Assembly (NCBI GenBank): GCA_002269645.1
Contig: NIVC01000097.1
Coordinates: 1,712-65,711 of the forward strand
Origin: Macrostomum lignano
Lineage: Eukaryota
Length of the DNA stretch: 64,000 bases
Reading direction: 5' to 3'
Shown: positions 50,914-64,000 of the stretch, piece by piece
Layout: each line of letters opens with the position of its first letter
How positions within the stretch are numbered: position 1 is the first letter of the stretch
Notes under the pieces: model-generated
The model's database searches: none
The model's input: only the letters and a program-made list of their open reading frames with translations
What the model was told of the DNA's origin: nothing
Made by a program: the position numbers and the translations under genes

Positions 50914-53101
50914 CCCTTCTCTTTCTCACAACAGCTCGTGAGTAGCAGCTACGAAGCCGTTGTAACCTAATCAGAAATTGGCAAGTTCGACGCATTGTTT
51001 TCGAGTGTAAGAACAATTCTGCTAACGCAGTGAATTATTAAAATGACATTGTTTGTTTATGCAATGAGTTTTGCTGGGTGAGATTAACGGTGCCCTTGTT
51101 GATGGCAGGAAGTTGCACAAACACAGAAAACTGGGCAACTTTTAACTCGACGAATTTCTTACTGACTTACGTAATAGAAACTGGCATAACTTCGACTGTT
51201 TAATAATTTAGTTATAAAGACAGTCGCCCGGCTCTTTGAGTTCATGCGAATGTCCACGAGTAGAAAATGCCATTAATTCATGCCCCCAAGCTCCTCATGC
51301 GAATGCAGAAGCGCGTCCACCAAGTCGCAAACGAATTTTTCCCATTATTGTAGTAAGCGAATTTCCTGTTCCTTCAGCCACCAGACCCCCAGAAATGAGT
51401 CAAAAAAGCAAGCGAAGTCCTCGAGCCCTGCAAGGATGGAGCTGGGCGGATTCCATTGGTATTCCACTCTGCTTGATGTAGACCGCACAGTTATTATGCA
51501 TGCAGGCAGTGGAAAATGTTCAGCTAACGAAGTTCATCTATGCAGAGCCTGATGCATTTCTGTGGGCCTATTTCTCTATGCTAAGCTTATTCTCAGACTC
51601 GAGCTGAGAGCTCAGCTCTCTCTGACCAGTCCGACCTTGATCTCCGAGGCCCGCAGTCCCTGCAGATACGCCTTGCGTGGGATTCGTCTGCAGGGCGAGA
51701 GGAAGAGAAGAGAAAGAGGGAGTTTAATCCCCCAGCTACATCCTGGATCTTCCCTCTGTCCTCTTCGATTCTTAGAATCCCGAAGGGACGCGGATGAGAA
51801 ATAAATCAGTTGTTGGGGACAGGTGTTGTCCCCGTAGCAACAGTCTCTCCCTGCGCAATTTTCTGTCTTTTTTCAGTTTCACACCTGCAAGTCGGAGACT
51901 TCGAATCACACAGAGCAGGTTGGGACGCTTCGAGGGATGGGCGAAGATGGTCGGTGACTCATCCCGCACAGCCTACCCCGTCTATCTTGGGAAAGATGAG
52001 AATTTATTCAAGAAATCCTTCCCCATCCTCCAGTCCCCGGCTCCTACACTGTATAATTTTTGGGAGAGAGCGAGAAAATATTCGAACAAAAACCGTGTCG
52101 GCCTGGAATTCGCTGAGAGGTAGACAGAAAGAGAGAGGAATGCAGGCGGGAAGCCCGCTGCAGAATCAGGAAGCAGAAAAAGAAACCTGAGAAGGTGAGA
52201 AAATATTCCCCAAGCCCGTTAGCACAGACGACAGACAGCCGGGCTGATTTAGGGGAATTAGCTTGCATTCCTAGCGTAACTCCGACGCGATTTTGATCTG
52301 CTAATCTTCAAACTTCTCATTAGAGACTACTATGGTATATAGAATGAGCAAGACGTTGTAAAGCTGCATGGCTATTTTACGAGGGTTGGCTCGTAATTAA
52401 GCTACACGTTCGGCCATCAATTATGCCGAATGCAGAGCTTTAAAGCTTCCATGGGTCTCGAGCGCCCTCGCCCCAGGCCCGCAGCAATCTATCTAATAGC
52501 GGTGCAGTTTTTCTGTTCGTTTATGCGGGCCTCCAGTTTTCGTGTCAGCTGGTCGCGTCACGTTTTTTCACTTCTTTTTGCCCTCTTCTTCTTCCAATTG
52601 GAAACCGACAGCGGAGCTTCCTGTTGCTTGCACACCGAGGCTGGCCTCAGTATTCCTCTCGCTCCCCTACAGTTTCAACTTTCCCTCGATCCTCGATATT
52701 CGTCCTCCACGAGTGCCACCGCCGAGCCAGGTGCTGCGCCAGACTCGAATATAGGAATATTTTCCCACTAAGTTTCGAGTCTCGAACGTCGAACTTAAAG
52801 CGCACAAACATGCCATTATCGGATTTGTTGTCCTGCCCGAGGCACCACAGACACACAAACTGAACTGGATTTCTTTCTTCTGCTTTCGCTGTTTGGCAAC
52901 AAGTCAATTACAGGAGTCACTCAACCGGGGCATCTGTTGTAGCCGGCCGACTTGCAGCTGCGCTTCCCCCTTAGACTCGCGATTCTTTCGATTGCGACTG
53001 GCTCTCGACTAGGGAGCCCTGAGAGCGAAATTCGGAGTCGGAGGCTCGACTGGCTTGACTGAGCAATGGGCGAATTGGGGATCTTGGCAGAACTGACAGC
53101 G

Positions 53102-55100
<1,999 letters not shown>

Positions 55101-55963
55101 TTGCTGTCTATTATTAAAACCATTGAATACCACGATTCCTAATGTAAGAGTGTCTATTTAATTAGCAGCAGTTGAGTCAGACTTACTGACACCTGGCAGC
55201 GGCTGAGTACGCTAGCTACCAGTAAAGAAACGCGATGCATTATGCATTAATAATGCGTGGCTCCAATTCCGCAACGCTCAGTTTCGCATTAATAAGGCTG
55301 TTTTTTATGCAGACACTTTAACTGAAACTATCCTACACCAGCCATACCAGTTCAACAGCAGCTGCGGAATTGGCCCGGCGCAGTGAGCCGTGTTCTAACA
55401 TAATTAGCCAGCCAGCCAGCCAGGTGCCGCGCTTACTCACTGAGCAGATCGCGGCTCCCCACCGCACTCAATTGGATTTAGAGAGGAAAAAAGAACAGGA
55501 GGTTGGGGGAGCCTTCCTAGCAGCCTCAGCATGGATGAGATGTGGAGATGCTATAAAAAATAGAGATCCCTTCTGTAGGTTGGGATTTGCCATTTCCAAG
55601 CGGCAGGAGTTTTTTCGTCCAGTCTTCCTCAGCTTTTTATTCCCTCTCCCCCTAAGCGAAGGGAGGGAAGGAGGTCGCAGCGATCGCAGCTGACTGATCC
55701 CCGTGTACCGGATTCACTGGCGAATTTTGCCCGAGTCGGAGATCTTGTTACAGTCAGTAATTTGCCTTTCGCCTGCCTCCTTTAACCAAATTTAACAGAT
55801 TAAAGAGTAGCAGTAAAAGGCCAATAATGAAATTTACGTAAAACATAAAAAAATCAATTAGCGTTAATTGGAGCTCTGCTCTGAAATAGTAGAACTGCGT
55901 GTGATGTGCCATGTCTGCATCTCCGTCTCTCTCTTACCAACATCTTGAACTCTCGTCACATCA

Positions 55964-58290
55964 ATCTGTGTCTACCTGTCTGTAACACCTCGATATGTGT
56001 CTACCTGTTTGTAACACCTCGATATGTGTCTACCTGTCTGTAACACCTCGATATGTGTCTACCTGTCTGTAACAACTCGATATGTGTCTACCTGTCTGTA
56101 ACACCTCGATATGTGTCTACCTGTTTGTAACACCTCGATATGTGTCTACCTGTCTGTAACACCTCGATATGTGTCTACCTGTCTGTAACACCTCGATGTG
56201 TGTCTACCTGTCTGTAACACCTCGATATGTGTCTACCTGTTTGTAACACCTCGATATGTGTCTACCTGTCTGTAACAACTCGATATGTGTCTACCTGTTT
56301 GTAACACCTCGATATGTGTCTACCTGTCTGTAACACCTCGATATGTGTCTACCTGTCTGTAACAACTCGATATGTGTCTACATGTCTGTAACACCTCGAT
56401 ATGTGTCTACCTGTCTGTAACACCTCGATATGTGTCTACCTGTCTGTAACAACTCGATATGTGTCTACCTGTCTGTAACACCTCGATATGTGTCTACCTG
56501 TTTGTAACACCTCGATATGTGTCTACCTGTCTGTAACAACTCGATATGTGTCTACCTGTCTGTAACAACTCGATGTGCGTCTACCTGTCTGCAACAACTC
56601 GATATGTGTCTACCTGTTTGTAACACCTCGATATGTGTCTACCTGTCTGTAACACCTCGATATGTGTCTACCTGTTTGTAACACCTCGATATGTGTCTAC
56701 CTGTTTGTAACACCTCGATATGTGTCTACCTGTCTGTAACACCTCGATATGTGTCTACCTGTTTGTAACACCTCGATATGTGTCTACCTGTTTGTAACAC
56801 CTCGATATGTGTCTACCTGTCTGTACATGTAACACCTCGATATGTGTCTACCTGTCTGTAACACCTCGATATGTGTCTACCTGTCTGTAACAACTCGATA
56901 TGTGTCTACCTGTCTGTAACACCTCGATATGTGTCTACCTGTCTGTAACAACTCGATATGTGTCTACCTGTCTGTAACACCTCGATATGTGTCTACCTGT
57001 CTGTAACAACTCGATATGTGTCTACCTGTCTGTAACACCTCGATATGTGTCTACCTGTTTGTAACACCTCGATATGTGTCTACCTGTCTGTAACACCTCG
57101 ATATGTGTCTACCTGTCTGTAACACATCGATATGTGTCTACCTGTCTGTAACACCTCGATATGTGTCTACCTGTCTGTAACACCTCGATATGTGTCTACC
57201 TGTCTGTAACACCTCGATGTGTGTCTACCTGTCTGTAACACCTCGATATGTGTCTACCTGTTTGTAACACCTCGATATGTGTCTACCTGTCTGTAACACC
57301 TCGATATGTGTCTACCTGTTTGTAACACCTCGATATGTGTCTACATGTCTGTAACACCTCGATATGTGTCTACCTGTTTGTAACACCTCGATATGTGTCT
57401 ACCTGTCTGTAACAACTCGATATGTGTCTACATGTCTGTAACACCTCGATATGTGTCTACCTGTCTGTAACACCTCGATATGTGTCTACCTGTCTGTAAC
57501 AACTCGATATGTGTCTACCTGTCTGTAACACCTCGATATGTGTCTACCTGTTTGTAACACCTCGATATGTGTCTACCTGTCTGTAACAACTCGATATGTG
57601 TCTACCTGTCTGTAACACCTCGATGTGTGTCTACCTGTCTGTAACAACTCGATATGTGTCTACCTGTCTGTAACACCTCGATGTGTGTCTACCTGTCTGT
57701 AACAACTCGATATGTGTCTACCTGTCTGTAACACCTCGATATGTGTCTACCTGTTTGTAACACCTCGATATGTGTCTACCTGTTTGTAACACCTCGATAT
57801 GTGTCTACCTGTCTGTAACAACTCGATATGTGTCTACCTGTCTGTAACACCTCGATATGTGTCTACCTGTTTGTAACACCTCGATATGTGTCTACCTGTC
57901 TGTAACACCTCGATATGTGTCTACCTGTCTGTAACACCTCGATATGTGTCTACCTGTCTGTAACACCTCGATATGTGTCTACATGTCTGTAACACCTCGA
58001 TATGTGTCTACCTGTCTGTAACACCTCGATATGTGTCTACCTTTCTGTAACACCTCGATATGTGTCTACCTGTTTGTAACACCTCGATATGTGTCTACCT
58101 GTTTGTAACACCTCGATATGTGTCTACCTGTCTGTAACAACTCGATGTGTGTCTACCTGTCTGTAACAACTCGATGTGTGTCTACCTGTCTGTAACAGCT
58201 CGATGTGTGTCTACCTGTCTGTAACAACTCGATGTGTGCCTACCTGTCTGTAACAACTCGATGTGTGTCTACCTATCTGTAACAACTCAA
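55964..58290 (+). repeat. 29-bp minisatellite (tgtgtctacctgtctgtaacacctcgata), ~80 units
   Basis: Period 29 checked (55981 to 56010). Confidence 0.97.
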
Positions 58291-59010
58291 TCTGTGTCTA
58301 CCTCTCTGTCTTTATCACCTCAGTCTGTGTCTACCCTCTGTCCTTAACACCTCTATCTGTGTCTACCTCTCTGTCTATTAACACCTCTATCTGTGTCTAC
58401 CTCTCTGTCCTTAACACTTCTATCTGTGTCTACCTCTCTGTCTTTAACACCTCTATCTGTGTCTACCTCTCTGTCCTTAACACTTCTATCTGTGTCTACC
58501 TCTCTGTCTTTAACACCTCTATCTGTGTCTACCTCTCTGTCCTTAACACTTCTATCTGTGTCTACCTCTCTGTCTTTAACACTTCTATCTGTGTCTACCT
58601 CTCTGTCCTTAACACTTCTATCTGTGTCTACCCCTCTGTCCTTAACACCTCTATCTGTGTCTACCCCTCTGTCCTTAACACCTCTATCTGTGTCTACCCC
58701 TCTGTCCCCCCTCTGTCCTTAACACCTCTATCTGTGTCTACCCCTCTGTCCTTAACACCTCTATCTGTGTCTACCCCTCTGTCCTTAACACCTCTATCTG
58801 TGTCTACCCCTCTGTCCTTAACACCTCTGTCTGTGTCTACCCCTCTGTCCTTAACACCTCTATCTGTGTCTACCCCTCTGTCCTTAACACCTCTATCTGT
58901 GTCTACCCCTCTGTCCTTAACACCTCTATCTGTGTCTACCCCTCTGTCCTTAACACCTCTATCTGTGTCTACCCCTCTGTCCTTAACACCTCTATCTGTG
59001 TCTACCCCGT
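58291..59010 (+). repeat. 33-bp minisatellite derived from the adjacent 29-mer (ctgtgtctacccctctgtccttaacacctctat)
   Basis: 11-aa periodicity in the overlapping ORFs; shares tgtgtctacc and taacacctc with the 29-mer. Confidence 0.95.
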
Positions 59011-59591
59011 TGTCTATTAAGGATGGAAGATTCAAGTTGCCAATTCGGAGAGTATAAATTATCTTATCGGATGAATAACTGGTTACTTCCATAGTTTACA
59101 TTGCTAGCTCGTCTTTTTTAGGTAAAACTAACACAAAATATCCCATTACGCTTAGCATTTCCCCCACGGTTCACATGCGGAACAAATTTTGTGTGGTTGA
59201 AAACAGGAAAATTGACCTATGGGGATCGGGGAAAATCTGAAACTGACCCTGTTGTACAGACATGCATGCAGCCTTTGGGGGATTCAAGATTGACAACAGC
59301 AGCGCAAGGCAGTGCTGGGTAATGGCGCTGTCAATGGGATCTCGTGACGGGCCTCAGCATGCGACATGCTGACGCGATTGGCGGGTCAGAGATCCCCCCG
59401 TGATCCAGTAGTCTTCAGGTCCGCTGTGGAATTTGGGGATTTTTGCGGAGCGTAGCCAGCGATCACGCGCGTGGGATTATAATCTAAGGCTTTGGGCATT
59501 GTGGCATTAAGCAAATGGTTTGGTTGCACTTTTAGAGCAGGAAACTTGTTTAAAGCCGATCTTGGCTTTGAACTTAAATTGGCTTCTTATA

Positions 59592-60400
59592 CCCTTGGCG
59601 CCTCTGGTGCCCTTGGCGCCTCTGGTGCCCTTGGCGCCTCTGGTGCCCTTGGCGCCTCTGGTGCCCTTGGCGCCTCTGGTGCCCTTGGCGCCTCTGGTGC
59701 CCTTGGCGCCTCTGGTGCCCTTGGCGCCTCTGGTGCCCTTGGCGCCTCTGGTGCCCTTGGCGCCTCTGGTGCCCTTGGCGCCTCTGGTGCCCTTGGCGCC
59801 TCTGGTGCCCTTGGCGCCTCTGGTGCCCTTGGCGCCTCTGGTGCCCTTGGCGCCTCTGGTGCCCTTGGCGCCTCTGGTGCCCTTGGCGCCTCTGGTGCCC
59901 TTGGCGCCTCTGGTGCCCTTGGCGCCTCTGGTGCCCTTGGCGCCTCTGGTGCCCTTGGCGCCTCTGGTGCCCTTGGCGCCTCTGGTGCCCTTGGCGCCTC
60001 TGGTGCCCTTGGCGCCTCTGGTGCCCTTGGCGCCTCTGGTGCCCTTGGCGCCTCTGGTGCCCTTGGCGCCTCTGGTGCCCTTGGCGCCTCTGGTGCCCTT
60101 GGCGCCTCTGGTGCCCTTGGCGCCTCTGGTGCCCTTGGCGCCTCTGGTGCCCTTGGCGCCTCTGGTGCCCTTGGCGCCTCTGGTGCCCTTGGCGCCTCTG
60201 GTGCCCTTGGCGCCTCTGGTGCCCTTGGCGCCTCTGGTGCCCTTGGCGCCTCTGGTGCCCTTGGCGCCTCTGGTGCCCTTGGCGCCTCTGGTGCCCTTGG
60301 CGCCTCTGGTGCCCTTGGCGCCTCTGGTGCCCTTGGCGCCTCTGGTGCCCTTGCGCCTCTGGTGCCCTTGGCGCCTCTGGTGCCCTTGGCGCCTCTGGCG
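59592..60400 (+). repeat. 18-bp minisatellite (ggcgcctctggtgccctt)n, ~45 units
   Basis: Almost perfectly homogeneous; one 1-bp deletion near 60352. Confidence 0.98.
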
Positions 60401-60542
60401 CTCTTTAAACGGATAGACAGACAGTCCCTGGCGCCCTTGGCCCTCGGCGCCTCTCTCAATATTAGTTTTTTCGATTAAAATTTACTTACGTGTGAAAAAA
60501 TCAAAATTAACTCAGACTTATCTGCCCCCTCCTTTTGATCAG

Positions 60543-61858
60543 GTCGCATTGAGACCTCTTCGTTTGTGGCCACAAATGCGCTGGACTATGAGAAGCGCCG
60601 TCAATATCAGCTGGTAGTTCAGGCCTCCACAGGGGATCAGGCAGCCCTGACCCGCGTTGACATCCAGATACTGAACGCAGACGACAGCCAGCCCTACTGC
60701 GTGCAGCCGGTCTATTCTGCCGTCCTATCTGAGAAATCTCCAGCTGGCACCCCCGTCGTCCAGGTGACCGCAGTTGACCTCGACAGCGCCGTAAAGTATC
60801 GCCTGCTGCCCAGCGACACATTTGAAGTTGACGAAGACACCGGCTTGGTGTCGGTGAAAACTCCGCCAGATTTCACGCTGCAGTCGAGCCATTCGTTGAC
60901 CCTGGTGGCAGCTTCGGTTGATGACCCGCTGACCACCGCAAAGTGCTCCGTTCTAGTTCGCATCATCAATCGAAACAACCAGAAACCGCTGCTGCAGGAC
61001 ATCGTTGATCCCGTCGTGGTGAACGCGGAGACGGCAAGGCCCGGTCAGAAACTGCTGCAGGTTCGAGCCACTGACCTTGACGGATATCCGCCATTGACCT
61101 ACACTCTGAGCCCGCCGAGTGATACTTTTGCTATGGGCCTCTTCTCTGGAGAGTTCTGGCTCACTGCCAAGCCTCAGCTGAGTGTCTACAACTTCACGGT
61201 GTCTAGCAGCGACTCTGAGCACACAGTTTCTAAACATCTGACTGTACGCGTTGATTCCGCTACTGGTGGAGTTCGTTTCGGCCGGCGATTGTACGTCTTC
61301 ACCCTGGCCAAGGGGGCGCCGACGTCGCAGCTGGTCGGGAAGCTGGATCTCTCGCCGGCATCAACGGCTCCCGACGCGATAGTGTCAATTCTGTCAGATC
61401 CGGATCGACCGGCGCTGCCGTTCCGTCTGATCGGCTTTGATCTCTACCCTAGCCAGCCAATCAGCGCGCCAGGAGATCACGTGTTCGCTGTGAAGGCCAC
61501 TTCCGCAGCAGCCGGAGGCGGTGAAGATTACGCAACTGTGCGCGTCACAGTTCAGGCGGCCAACCGGTTTCCACCGGTTTTTGCCGTCTCGACGTCTTTG
61601 CCAACAATCCCTCTGCTGGTGTCCGAGGCGACGAAGCCTGGGCGTACAGTCGGTAGAGTGGCTTGCAGCGACGCCGATTCTGATCAGTTCGTGTCGGTTG
61701 CTGTTGTTGAGACGTCCTCACCTGTGCAGGCAGTTCGGCATACAGGCCGGTTGGTTCTGACTCGACAGCTCGATAGAGAAGCTCAGGCCGAGCACTCGGT
61801 CAGTTTGGTGTGCTGGGACAGTGGAGAGCCGCGGCTTACTGCCAGCGTCACGGTCAGG
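60543..61858 (+). CDS. ds: Dachsous-like protocadherin, coding exon 2 (~4.5 cadherin repeats); gene continues beyond the window
   Basis: Acceptor ttgatcag| in phase 1 joins LFAIDSTT-G-RIETSSFVATNALDYEK, completing a cadherin repeat. Probable donor AGG|GTGAGA just before the expected DxND motif. Confidence 0.85.
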
Positions 61859-62074
61859 GTGAGAATTCTATACATTTTTGCTGCTTGAGAATGGCATGAC
61901 CTAGCTCGTAAATTAGGCGTAGTCGGGGTTTTTAGTACTGCGGTGGATTTAGTTATAATTAAAAATACGCCAAAGGCGTCACTAATGTCATCCACTGACG
62001 GTTTCAAAGAGTTTTGGAGAAGCTAGAAGAATCTATATGTGCTAGCTCGTAGAGGATTTCAAGAACGCAGATAA

Positions 62075-62562
62075 ATTCCAGAGACGATAGAAGGTCCCAG
62101 AGACACTAAAGAAGGTCCCATAGACACTATAAAAGGTCCCATAAACACTATAGAAGGTCCTATAAACACTATAGAAGGTCCTATAAACACTATAGAAGGT
62201 CCCATAGACACTATAAAAGGTCCAATAAACACTATAGAAGGTCCTATAAACACTATAGAAGGTCCTATAAACACTATAGAAGGTCCCATAGACACTATAA
62301 AAGGTCCCATAAACACTATAGAAGGTCCTATAAACACTATAGAAGGTCCTATAAACACTATACAAGGTCCATAGACACTATAAAAGGTACCATAAACACT
62401 ATAGAAGGTCCTATAAACACTATAGAAGGTCCTATAAACACTATGGAAGGTCCCATAGACACTATAAAAGGTCCCATAAACACTATAGAAGGTCCTATAA
62501 ACACTATAGAAGGTCCCATAAACACTATAATAGGTCCGATAAACACCATGAAGGTCCCTAAA
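62075..62562 (+). repeat. 21-bp minisatellite (cc[c/t]ataaacactatagaaggt), ~23 units
   Basis: Variant units recur in a 3-4 unit pattern. Confidence 0.95.
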
Positions 62563-64000
62563 CACTAATACACGTGGAAAGTTCGAGGAACACTAGAGTT
62601 ATAAAATAAATATCGATCTCTAAATAAAATTTTAATAGATGTTTTCTTTCCCCAGCTGCGGGTGTTCCAAAAATGCTATAAAAAGGTTCCGGTGCGCTAT
62701 AGAGCTTCTGCGATGCTATATAATGTTTGGTTGTTTATAGATAACGTCCTAATAGCATACTGCATATGCATCTATACATTTGTTATACCATGTCGGTGTT
62801 TACACGAGACGCGCACACATATATTCCAAACATGGTGGATCAGCTATAAACTGTAATTGTGCGCACGCAGCGGGCACCGCACTTTATTTGCATAGCAGTG
62901 CAAACTATGGGATCTAAATGCTCTTGAAAAGTTTTACCCACTACAACGTCCACTGGTCTTAACAAAGTATTACCAACTAAATATAGTAAGCCACATCCAA
63001 TCGTTCTCCGCTCCCGCTTATAAATGCAATAAATCTATTTGATACCATTGGCAAATATATACTGACCACAGTACCGCGGTAATAAAAAGTCGGTAATGAA
63101 AAAGCAAAACTCTTTGGGGGGGGTAGCATGGCTGTACGCTCGAAGTACACTGCTTGGTCCTGCCGCGCAAAACCTCTCTATTCCCCTAGACCTTTCAATT
63201 AGTCCCCGCCCTTTGAATGAATGCAATCGTCTGATCCAATTGACTTTTTGAATGAGCAGGAGAAGAAGCTATTTCTATAAGCATCAATAGGGCGGCAGTG
63301 AGTACGGCAGCTCAGAATGGGATGCAATGGCGCAGGAATGGGGCTTATAGGGCAAGTTAGCACGAGCAGAAAAATTGAGCGATGAAGATGAAAGAAGACA
63401 AGGTGTAGATCAAATGCAGAGCGGTAGTGAGATAAACCAAAGAGCCGAGTTGACACTGTTTAACTGACTGAGGTCCAAACCAGAGAGCGAGATGACATGA
63501 GATGTAAAGAGACAAATCCATTGTTAGCTTTCCAGCTTTGTTGTATTTGTGCCGCTAGATTAGAGTCGGAATATAGGGCGCCCTATTCTTCTCTGCTTTT
63601 TTCATGTTTAGTTGGGACAAAATCGTCAGAGTTTGAGCTTGAGCTGATAGCTGGGGAAGAGACCAGACAGAGAGAACTGCTGACACTATATTCAGTCTCT
63701 CCCCCACCTCTTTTTTTCTTTCTAGTGCCTCGTCAAGTTTTAGGCATAGGAAAGGCAATCACTGGAGTGCTGCCTATAATATAATAGTGTGTACAATGTG
63801 TAATGAGTGTCTTCAGGTCCGCAGTGCGATTTGCTTCAGCTTGTCAATCAAACCTTTGTTTGGCAGCTTCCTTCTAAACTTAGAGCTAAACTGAGAAAGA
63901 GCTGTGAGCAGGGCAGAATGGGAGTTTTCCCGGATGCGATTCAGCTGACCCTACTCCAGCGCCATCTCTCTCCCTGAGCTCTTTCTCCTCTTTTCCCGTT

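Noticed and set aside
55964-59010. CRISPR-like array (also the 29-bp arrays at 22.7 and 29.8 kb)
   Set aside because: Head-to-tail units without unique spacers, no cas genes, eukaryotic context.
59492-60478. GASGAL / APEAPR elastin- or silk-like repeat proteins
   Set aside because: Intronic 18-bp minisatellite, open in several frames on both strands, with non-ATG starts and no coding context.
61859-61888. Secreted cadherin ending at the in-frame TGA at 61888
   Set aside because: A good GTGAGA donor precedes it at the point where the DxND linker should start, so the gene more likely continues.

Overview
Eukaryotic (metazoan) genomic DNA with GT-AG introns, a very high load of tetranucleotide and minisatellite arrays, and many transposon relics. 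The repeat landscape is reminiscent of a free-living flatworm such as Macrostomum, but this is inference only. The window has two main components. (1) 1-37.2 kb: a cluster of four paralogous genes in alternating orientation (<- -> <- ->) for a secreted protein of the form signal peptide - vWA1 - Cys modules - vWA2 - Cys module - vWC-like/Cys-rich tail. I could reconstruct 7 phase-consistent exons for copies 2 and 3. Copy 1 runs off the window and copy 4 is a deleted relic. The paralogs are mosaic: vWA1 and the terminal exon are almost identical, while vWA2 is only about one third identical by eye. In copy 2 a giant (GTCA)n array has replaced the 3' end of an exon. (2) 42.8-61.9 kb: the first two large exons of a Dachsous-like giant cadherin (about 22 cadherin repeats in the window), separated by a 12.3 kb intron about half filled with five tandem arrays. 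Intergenic DNA holds Ty3/Gypsy, piggyBac, THAP, hAT-like, Harbinger-like and foldback relics, LTR-like promoters and a short interstitial (CCCTAA)n tract. No rRNA, bona fide tRNA or CRISPR array was found. All identities and alignments were made by eye.
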